Shown piece after piece: positions 39,101 to 49,112 of a stretch of 49,112 nucleotides of DNA. The stretch is from Welwitschia mirabilis (lineage: Eukaryota), in assembly GCA_051453625.1 (NCBI GenBank), contig JBOZIK010000001.1:13797803-13846914 (forward strand), read 5' to 3'. A program made the position numbers and the translations under genes. The first letter of the stretch is position 1. Every line of letters starts with the position of its first letter. A model generated the notes under the pieces. It was not told the origin of the DNA. It saw only the letters and a program-made list of their open reading frames with translations, and did no database searches.

Positions 39101-42100
39101 ATTATTCTTCATCCTTTTTTCCATATTCATTTAACTAATACCCTTTACATAAAGATTAGCCTCTTATCTTGAATTTGAAGAGCCTTATTTTCCATAAGAG
39201 CATTTTGATCTTATGGTTCCCACTACTCCTTATGACCGTTATGCCTCATTATTTTTTCCTTCATCTTCCTACATGTAATAACAATATTCATCCATCCTCT
39301 TTCTTAGTTAATAAATATCATGAAAGGAATTTAAAATAACACTCCTCTTTTCTAAGAATCCTTGAGTAAATTTTCAAATCCATAGCCAAAATTTCTAATA
39401 TATAACCTATACTAGTGCTTAAATCATTGAAATTCTCAACCAAGAAAAATAAGACCTTTCTACATTTCACAAGTCTAAACCTAAGAATTTTGAGAACTTT
39501 GAAAGAAATGATAGTAAATAAATCAATGATACCTAAGCCATATTCTTTAGAAATGAGGAAGAAATCAATGAGGAAATCCATAAGAACCTCGACTTTAAAA
39601 AATCACTAGAAAATGATCAAATTATAAGTATGAAAACTATATTCTTAAGGAACATTAAGCATATCAAAGGATAAGTTATCATTAGAAGATGAGAAACCAT
39701 TTGAGAAAGGTCATACCTTAGAGAGTTATATAATAAAGGATGAGCCATTAAGTGATATTAACAAAGAGAATATTGAATTACAACCATTATTACTTAAGCA
39801 ACCACATGAGAAGAAATATAGTAACCTTAACAAAGGAAAAAACATTAACAACCCTTTTACATAGGAGTATTTATACTTGTGCTTTCTTTAAAGCACATTA
39901 AAAACATTAAGTTATACAAACATGAAAAACATTTGTGCTTGATGCTCTCTTTTATCTTAAACTTCCTAATAATTATCATCCATATAATTAGTACCTTTAA
40001 TCCTTTTACTTATGAAATTCTAAATGTTGTCCCCTTAAGCTTCTCCATTTCTCCTTCCATTTTCTAATGATCTTTAAACTAATAAATCATTCACCTTAGC
40101 CTTTCATCTATGAATTTATAAGACCTATAGATCTAGGTTAATGAATTTTAATAAAAAATTAATAACAAGTAATCTTTTTATTACCTAAGTTTTAGTGTTA
40201 AAGGCACAATCATCTAAGATCTCCAGTTTTAGTAAAACTTGACTAAAAAAGTGAAATATACCTTCATAATATTTTTCTCATGTTTAAACTTTTGATGAAG
40301 CCAAGAATTTTCTTGATTAGGCTAATGAGAATTAAAATAGTATATCTTCTTTAAACTCACATCTTATTACTCACTTAATTAGATTTAGTTAACTATAATG
40401 GACTATGAAAACTCACTAATAATGTAGTTCTAATGATCTAATTACAACATAATCAACTTTTGGCAATGAAACACTAATTTGTTCACAAAACAATATACTT
40501 AACTCTATTGAAATAAAACATTATAACACTAGATGTTCAATGTGATTTAAAGGCGTAAAACTAAAGAATATATGTTGGTAAAAAATAAAAATAATAATGA
40601 TCTAATTACACCATAATTAACTTTTGGCAATTAAACACTGACTTCTTCACAAAATAATATACTTAACTCTATTAAAAAAAATATTATAACACTAGATGTT
40701 CAATGTTATTTAAAGGCATAAAACTAAAAAATATATGTTGGTAGAAAAAGAAAAATAATGGAAATAAAAGGATGGTAATTTGAGGCCTTCTATGTTTTAT
40801 TGTCTTTTAACATTTAGACTTAAAATTTACTATGAGTTCTTAAATTCTTATAAGTTACTCAGTCACTACTACACTTACTTGATACCAAGATCCATAGAAA
40901 AAATACAAAAACATAATAAATATTATTAACTTAGGTAGGTTTACTCATTTATTCATTAGTTTTATGGTCAAGTACTTTACCATATTTTCATCTCCATCAT
41001 CCATTCCACGTTATCTTCATTTCATAAGAAATAATTATAAGGCATAAATCATTTTTTAAGAGTTGAGTTTTTACTTAAAATTTCTCAAATAAATTAGTTG
41101 CATTATTTTACATTAGTTAGTTTTTTTTCCCTTTCATAGCTTAGTTACAGTGCTTTATATTATTTTCAATAAACAGAGTTATTGAAATATTTCTAAGATT
41201 TATATTCTTAAAAATATTTTAATACTTTCCATCATACAACTTTGAGGAAAAGGTTTAATTTTGGTTATGAGGTATGGCATCCAGTTTTCACATCAATTTT
41301 TAGAAAATTTTTAAAATCTTGATGCCTTAGTTTCAGAAAATTAGTCATAAAGTTTTCAAAGATATAGCATTTTCACACTTGAGTGTTTTAAATTAGATAA
41401 TTTCTACATATCTAAACATTTATTTATGAATGCTTTACTAAGAGTTTAGTGAAAGTCTAATTAGGAAGTGAATTAAAAAATAAAAATTAACATTCTAATC
41501 AAATTTATTAACTAATTTATATTAATTAAGTATATTAATATAATTAATTTATCATAAAAACATGTCTTTTCTATTAATTATAGGCTTATCATCTTTTCAT
41601 GAAATGTTCAAGATATTTATTACACTTTTAAGTACATGCTTTAAAGTGATGATTATCCAAGCTAAGACACCGGTGCCACCATTTAGATCATCTAGTATCA
41701 CTTGTTCATTTATGCAAGATACTCTCAAACTAACACTCTTGACTTATTATGCAAAATTAATTCAAATGTAGTTATGAGCTTAATCATATTCCACACCAAA
41801 AATAACTTACATATTTGATAACACATGGTAGTGATGACAATGACATGCAATAGTGATACGTGATAATGTTGAGTAGNNNNNNNNNNNNNNNNNNNNNNNN
41901 NNNNNNNNNNNNNNNNNNNNNNNNNNNNNNNNNNNNNNNNNNNNNNNNNNNNNNNNNNNNNNNNNNNNNNNNNNNNNNNNNNNNNNNNNNNNNNNNNNNN
42001 NNNNNNNNNNNNNNNNNNNNNNNNNNNNNNNNNNNNNNNNNNNNNNNNNNNNNNNNNNNNNNNNNNNNNNNNNNNNNNNNNNNNNNNNNNNNNNNNNNNN

Positions 42101-43394
42101 NNNNNNNNNNNNNNNNNNNNNNNNNNNNNNNNNNNNNNNNNNNNNNNNNNNNNNNNNNNNNNNNNNNNNNNNNNNNNNNNNNNNNNNNNNNNNNNNNNNN
42201 NNNNNNNNNNNNNNNNNNNNNNNNNNNNNNNNNNNNNNNNNNNNNNNNNNNNNNNNNNNNNNNNNNNNNNNNNNNNNNNNNNNNNNNNNNNNNNNNNNNN
42301 NNNNNNNNNNNNNNNNNNNNNNNNNNNNNNNNNNNNNNNNNNNNNNNNNNNNNNNNNNNNNNNNNNNNNNNNNNNNNNNNNNNNNNNNNNNNNNNNNNNN
42401 NNNNNNNNNNNNNNNNNNNNNNNNNNNNNNNNNNNNNNNNNNNNNNNNNNNNNNNNNNNNNNNNNNNNNNNNNNNNNNNNNNNNNNNNNNNNNNNNNNNN
42501 NNNNNNNNNNNNNNNNNNNNNNNNNNNNNNNNNNNNNNNNNNNNNNNNNNNNNNNNNNNNNNNNNNNNNNNNNNNNNNNNNNNNNNNNNNNNNNNNNNNN
42601 NNNNNNNNNNNNNNNNNNNNNNNNNNNNNNNNNNNNNNNNNNNNNNNNNNNNNNNNNNNNNNNNNNNNNNNNNNNNNNNNNNNNNNNNNNNNNNNNNNNN
42701 NNNNNNNNNNNNNNNNNNNNNNNNNNNNNNNNNNNNNNNNNNNNNNNNNNNNNNNTTAAGTAGTAAGCTTATTGCAAGAATAGCTTGAGGAGTTTCTTCT
42801 AGCTTCCTTATTCTTTTAGTTATGTAATGTATCTCTTTTAATTAATATAAAGAATATGTAATTTTAATTTTGAGTTACAAATAACTTCATACTTTTATTT
42901 CTTAGTGAATCCACTATATAAAGTTCTTTTATCAACCATGTAAATTCATTAGTTAATTGGTCTAAGTTATTTTTAATTTAATGAATCTTAACTATACTAA
43001 GTCCTTACTTTCATGCCTATTTAAGGCTATGAAGGATTAAGTTACTTCAAATTCATCAAACCTCATATGGTGCATGAGATTATGTCACCATGATTTAAGA
43101 TGTTATTAATTGATAGTTTAAAGCGTGTTTTAAAAAGGTGAAAGACCTCATCAGAGTAGAGAAGAGCTAGTGGATGAATCAAGTGAATCCTTAGAGGTCA
43201 CTTACTTTCCTACTTCTCCCATATAAGTTTTAAAACATTTCTCAAGCCTTTTTCTTTTCCCTTTTTTTTTACTTTTTAACTTTCAAGTTAAACAAGATTG
43301 CATAATTTTTGAAACAAAATTACAATTATCCATATGAAAGAATGATATCAAGCTTTAACTAAATTTTAAATCTAGATCATTACTCAAATGAATA
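36103..43394 (+). mobile_element. Athila-like non-autonomous LTR element (5' LTR ~36103-38187 including a gap duplication, 3' LTR ~41469-43394)
   Basis: Two diverged direct repeats about 5.4 kb apart. Decayed tRNA-Asp-type PBS tggtttctttattaggga (38193-38210) resembling tggcgccgttgccgggga. Internal PPT-like tttgaggaaaaggtttaattttgg (~41241); terminal tttactaagagtttagtgaaagtctaattaggaagtg before the 3' LTR. Possible TSD ATATT (low complexity). No pol motifs inside. Confidence 0.55.
40431..40760. repeat. Tandem duplication of ~164 bp
   Basis: taatgatctaattaca...tatatgttggta..aaaataa occurs twice, contiguously, with scattered substitutions and no gap between. Confidence 0.92.
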
Positions 43395-43547
43395 ATATTA
43401 GAAATTAAAACCTAGTCAAATTTAGACTGGATTAATAAATCACAAACTTCTTCATTTGAAAATATAAAATTTTAACTTAATTAATGAATATTTAAAAACA
43501 TTTTGTAAAACATACCTTATAAGGAAATGTATCATATATCATATATG

Positions 43548-43739
43548 ACGATGATATATCATATATGGTAACTCAAAAATCATTTGCTTTTCAAGGATGC
43601 TAAACCAGATATTCCTCAACTCATTAATAATATCAGATTTAACTTGAGGATTAATCTTTCTCAGATTTCTAAACTTAAGAACACTCCCACTAATAGAAGA
43701 TGGAGCTTTTAGATGGGTCTTACTCCACATTGGTTTTAA
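43548..43739 (+). mobile_element. 3' end of an L1-type LINE ORF2 (5'-truncated), probably followed by a 3' UTR to an A-tract at ~44650
   Basis: Translation TMIYHIW*LKNHLLFKDAKPDIPQLINNIRFNLR...WF* matches the plant L1 ORF2 C-terminal A.IYHIW.ERN.R.F motif. Confidence 0.55.
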
Positions 43740-45039
43740 ATTCTTTTTCTTTACTATAATCTAATGGTTGATACAAAGTTTTTTAGCTAAAAGATATTTT
43801 ACTGCTTCTTATTCAAAAAATTTTCTTGGATGCTTTAAACTAAAAACACATAGAGCCTTTAATGTTTTACTTTGTTGTGCCTTATTTTTTAAAGCTGGAA
43901 ATTATAGAAGAAGTCTATCACAGATTTCTAATAATATCTGCAATTATCTAACATAGTTTGTAGCTTACTTGATGCTTTTCTAGTTGCAAATTCTGTTAAA
44001 TGTAGTGTGTAGGCAACGTCTTATTGCTGACCTATGTTTTTCCAGGTGATTAGGAATTCACACAGCTAGAAATAAAGTAGCTCTAACATAGCACTTACTA
44101 GTTAAGTATACAAAGCTGGAATAATTATCTACTGCAGTCTCTATAGCTAATAATTTACACAACTAAAAGTATAATCATGTATCCCTCAAAGCTTTTGCCA
44201 GCTAGCTTATTCAACTAGAATAATTACCTACTGTAGTCTCATTGCTATCAGATTTTCATTAGACATATATGCTATGGTATTTCTTTATTAAAATATGTAA
44301 ACATAGTTCTTGGATTTTTTTGTTTTACCTGGACTTTTTTGCAATTACAAATCCTATTGAATGCAGTGTGCAGGCTATGTTTTACTGCTCCCCTTCTCTA
44401 GATAATTAAATTCTCTACACAACTAGAAACAAAATAGCTCTACACTTATCATACAGCTAGAAAATACCTGCTACAGTCTCCATTGATAATAAGTAGTAAT
44501 TGTACTCCCTAATGATGCGTAGCGTCCTGATGTAGATTTTGCTAGACACATTTACTATGCTGTTTTTAAAGAAATTTTGATCTCTCACCTGATTCTGTAA
44601 GATTTTGATTCACTTTGGACATATAGTAATGAAATTTTTACAATTTCATTTAAAAAAAATGTAGAACACTTGAAAAGAATGTAGTTGATAAGAAAAAAAT
44701 CAATAAAAAACTATTAAAAAATAGAGAATAATAAATGGGATAAAATGACAAAGAAAGAGGGAATAAATACAAATCAATGAGAGGGAAAAAATCACTAGTG
44801 GTATGATAGTAAAATAATGTTGACATAACCTTGATATTAGGTCCATAAGTTATTATATAATTAATGTGAGTCCATAGAGTTCATAACNNNNNNNNNNNNN
44901 NNNNNNNNNNNNNNNNNNNNNNNNNNNNNNNNNNNNNNNNNNNNNNNNNNNNNNNNNNNNNNNNNNNNNNNNNNNNNNNNNNNNNNNTAACCTTGATATT
45001 AGGTCCACAAGTTATGATATAATTAATTTGAGTCCATAG

Positions 45040-47245
45040 AGTTCATAACATCAGGTTATGAAATAAATGAGGTAGATTCCAACATAAGGAGGTATTCTTA
45101 TTTTAACTAGGCAACCCCCATGGATTTTAAGAATCCATAGAATTCACATCATTAGTCTATTAAGTAAATGATGTAGTTTGCAACATTAGGAATTGCTATT
45201 ATTTTATCTAAATAGCTTATATGACCCATAAGAATCTAAGGAATTTACATCATTAGTCTAAGGAGCATGAGATATTTTTCAATGTAAGGANNNNNNNNNN
45301 NNNNNNNNNNNNNNNNNNNNNNNNNNNNNNNNNNNNNNNNNNNNNNNNNNNNNNNNNNNNNNNNNNNNNNNNNNNNNNNNNNNNNNNNNNACCCATAAGA
45401 TTCCAAGGAATTCACATCATTAGTCTGAGGAGCATGAGATATTTTCCAATGTAAGGAAGTCTTACTGTTCTAAGTAAGTAGCACCTATGGCTTACAAGGA
45501 TCCATAGAATCTATATTATTAGTTTATGGAGTAAATAAGGTAGTCTCCAACATAAGGGAAAACCACTATTCTTAATACATAGTGCATATAGCTTATAAGG
45601 ATTTATAGAGTCTACATCATTAGTCAATAAAGTAAATGATATATTTTCCAACATAATGCAATGTTACTATTCTAACTAGGTAGCACATATAGTGCACAAA
45701 GATTTATAAAGTCTACATCATTAGTTTATGAAGTAAATGAGGTACTTCCAACATAAGAAGATGACACTTTTTTACTAGGTAATCCACATGACATACAAAA
45801 TCCCACAGAGTTTACATCATTAGTCTATGAGTAAATTAAATAGTTTCTAATAGATAACATTACTATTTTGAATAGAAAGTCCATATAGCTCACAAAAACT
45901 TATAGAATTAACATCATTATTCTATGGATCAAATGAGGTAGTTTCCAATATAAGAAGACACTACTATTCTAATTAGGTAGCACATATGACACATAAGAAC
46001 TTATAAAATTTATATTATTAGGCTATAGAATAAATGAGATAGTTTCTAGTATAAAGGACACTATTATTTTTACTAGGAAATCTATATGAAAAACAAGAAA
46101 TCATAGAGTTTACACCATTAGTTTAAAAAGAAAATGAGACAATTTCCAACATAAGGAGATGCTTTTGTTCTAACTACATAGCTCATATGATCTAGAAAAA
46201 CCTAGAGAGTTTATGTCATCAGTTTACAAGTAAAATGTGTTAGTTGCAAACATAATGGAGTGAACTATTCTCACTAGTAGTTCATATGGATTATATGAAT
46301 CCATAGAGTCTATATCATTATTCTACAAAGTAAATGAGGTAGTTTCTATCATAAGGAACTCCATTAATCTAACTAGGTAATTCCTATGACTTATAAGGAT
46401 CAAATCTACAAAATTAGGCTATAAAAAATATGAGGTAGTTTCCAACATAAGGGATGTTATTATTTTGACTAGGTGAATTATATACCCTATAAGAACTCAT
46501 ACAATTCACATCATTAATCTACAAAGAAATTAAGCTATTTTCAACATAAAACAACACTATTATTCTAACTAGGTAATCCATGTCGCTCATAAGAACTTGC
46601 AAATTTCACATCATTATTCGATGGAGAAAATGTGATAGTTTCCAACATAAGAGGGTGTCAATATTTTGATTAGATACTACATATGGCTTACAAGAACTTA
46701 CAGAGTATACATCATTAGTATATAAAGTAAATGAGGTAATTTTAAATATAAGGAAATGCTATTATCATAATTAGGTAGTTCATATAGCCCAAAAGAACCC
46801 ATAGAGCCACATCATTAGTCTATGAGGAAAATGAGGTAGTTTCCAACATAAGAAAACATCATTGTTCTAACTAGGTAGACCATATAGTTTAATAGTCTGT
46901 CCAACAAATGAAGTAGTTTCCAACATTAGTGGTGTCATACTTCTAACTCAATGGTCCATATGGTCCATAAGAAAACAGTTTACATCATTAGTCTATGAAG
47001 TAAATGGGATAGTTTTTAATATAAAGGGGTGTCACTATTTTTACTAATGGCTCATATAATTCAAAACAATTTTCAAAGTCCACATCATCAGTTTATAAAG
47101 AAAATGAAGTAGTTTCTAAGATAAGAGAATATTATTATTCTAACTAGATAGTCCATATGACCCATAAGAACTTATAAAGTTCACATCATTATTTTGAAGG
47201 AAATGAAGTAGTTTCTAACATAGGGAAATAATAATTATTCTAACC
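45040..47245. repeat. Diverged ~100-bp satellite array, about 21 monomers
   Basis: Recurring catcattagtctat.gagtaaatgaggtagtttccaacataagg...ttctaactagg...catatg..cataaga at ~100-bp spacing, with one truncated unit near 46890. Confidence 0.95.
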
Positions 47246-47889
47246 TAATTATCTAAGTTGATAAAATCATTAAATTAAGATCATAAAAGAAAACCATAAC
47301 CAAAAGAGTAACTATATTTTTTATAAAAGAAAAATTCCTTTTTTAATAAACTAGATGATTAAATAAAAAATTTTATTAGTTAATGATTATAATTATTATG
47401 ATTAATAAATCGACAAAATTTTCAATTATAAAAAGCTAAGCAGTAGATAGGGAAGGGAGGATAATCCATGGAAAATGCATACATTGGTAGGTTATGGATG
47501 ATAATGTAAATACTTTCATTACTTCTTTAAAGCAATAAATTGACAAGTCTTACCTCCAATTTGAAGTTAATCATGCTAATGTAAAGGCCTCCTAGAAAGT
47601 AGTAAATAAAAAATTAGACTCAATTCTATAGTTTTTAGAAGAACAACCATGGAAAAAAACTTGCAACAATTACAATATTAAGTCTAACTCTTTTTCTAGG
47701 TTGAAATTAAACAAATAAAAAGATAGTTTTGTAATTCTTGGATCCACTAACATTAGATGATTAATACAAAAGAATAACCTAATGCAAAGACAAAATCCAT
47801 AACTCACATTAAATTACTAAATCCCATGGACTAGAATATTGTGATCTACTAGAGTACATTAAAAAAGTATAAATCTAAATGCATACTAC

Positions 47890-48320
47890 TACTTTGGGAT
47901 TTTGTGAAGAAGCTTTAGACTAGTTACATGGTACTAAAAACCATTTTAAACTTAATAATATATTTAAAAAAAATCTATGGACTTAGTATGCAATAATATT
48001 CTTAAGTGAAGATGTATCAACATGATGAAGCCATCTTAGTGCCAAAAAGAATGATCAAATGAACTAGTTAAACTTCATAAAAGAGTTTAAGAAACCCTTT
48101 ATTTAAGATTATTTCATCAAAGATAAGAGAATGCAATTAAAATATTTAAGATTGAAGAGAAGAAATATTGATGAATACTAGGATGAATTTTAGAAATTAG
48201 TCAAATATTAGATATACCATGGCTTAGAGGATCTTATAAATGATTTCATAGGAATCCTTCCATCAAGGCTGTACAATCTTATAATGAAGACTAAATTTTT
48301 GATGATAAAAGATATTAATA
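47890..48320 (+). mobile_element. Degenerate Ty3/gypsy gag (retrotransposon gag domain) relic
   Basis: EEALD*LHG and YLRLKRRNIDEY*DEF*KLVKY resemble the gag A..W ... F..L.Q....V.EY...F..L pattern. Confidence 0.45.
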
Positions 48321-48514
48321 ATCATATATTTACATTATGTTCTAAATTATAATATAACACTTAGACATATTTTTGTACTTTTTAGGTAATAGCAAGATCA
48401 AAAACTATATGAGATCCAAATTATGCATTATGTTCTAGTTAGATGCTATTTGTAATGATTTTGATTAGAAGGCCAAGATTAAGTGTGAAAATGTAGAGCA
48501 TGAAGGATTACTTT

Positions 48515-49050
48515 AAGATATTACCTCTATACATGATTGATAGTTGCTTTTCCCATTATCATACCTCATCTAGTTAGTGATATGATAATTTTAGTTCATT
48601 CTAACATTATATGCATAATACTAGATGATATCAAAGTCTTTTAGGGCATTATTAACTTGGAAATTTGCATTCAAAGAGCTATAATTTGTACATTTTTAGT
48701 TATTTTTGAGTTGAATTTAATGTTTTCATATAATTTAAGTTATAAGAGATACAATTATATTATTTTCTTCTTTAGAAGCTTGCATAGTTATCTTTTAAAC
48801 TATCTGTGATGCAATAGTGCTAATGCCATTATTAAAATGATTCTATAGCATCATTGGGTAATTTTTACATGAATCAAATGTAAAAAATAAATGGTTATGA
48901 TAACTCCTCACCTTCAGATCAACTCTAATTTACCTATAAAGACCTTCCTAAATGTCCAAATGCATATCATAACATTAATCTATCAAATTTATGGCATTTT
49001 CATACTATCAAGTTGAATTTAAGCCATTCTCAAGCATTGGAAGGATATCT
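48515..49050 (-). mobile_element. Degenerate L1-type RNase H domain relic
   Basis: Minus-strand EWLKFN (resembling W.KLN.DG) near 49020 and aatcatgtatagaggtaat (resembling HV.REGN with a frameshift) near 48525. Confidence 0.35.
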
Positions 49051-49112
49051 TTTTTACTCTATTTATCTCATATTTATTCACTTCCAAGTGGTTCCTATCT
49101 CTATATTGGCTT

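Noticed and set aside
43120-43160. CTGATGA-GGT-CTTTC-ACC on the minus strand as a possible third hammerhead
   Set aside because: The hairpin is followed by TTTTTAAAA instead of GAAA, and there is no closing stem I/III.

Overview
Very AT-rich, CpG/CHG-depleted, gap-riddled plant (land-plant-type) heterochromatin. I can see no intact host gene; the window is a nest of decayed retroelements and tandem repeats. In order: an Athila-type Ty3/gypsy gag-protease relic (1-2.7 kb); the 3' half of a SIRE-type Ty1/copia element (env-like ORF, multiple PPTs, LTR, about 2.9-7.2 kb); a CRM-like gypsy pol (19-22 kb); a TSD-flanked, internally deleted Tekay-like LTR element (23812-33023); an Athila-like non-autonomous element (36.1-43.4 kb); L1 fragments; and a ~100-bp satellite (45-47.2 kb). 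The standout, barely visible in the ORF track, is a near-complete Penelope-like retroelement (PLE) on the minus strand at about 8.7-14.1 kb. It has a ~1,000+ codon pseudo-ORF with a clear PLE-type reverse transcriptase and no detectable GIY-YIG endonuclease. It is flanked by direct pseudo-LTRs, each carrying a TATA-like box followed by a decayed minimal type I hammerhead ribozyme. It ends in a quasi-palindromic ~19-bp minisatellite and abuts a tandem array carrying the 5S rRNA internal Pol III promoter. Many 100-N gaps are flanked by duplicated sequence, probably assembly overlaps. All protein calls come from manual translation and remembered family motifs; no searches were run.
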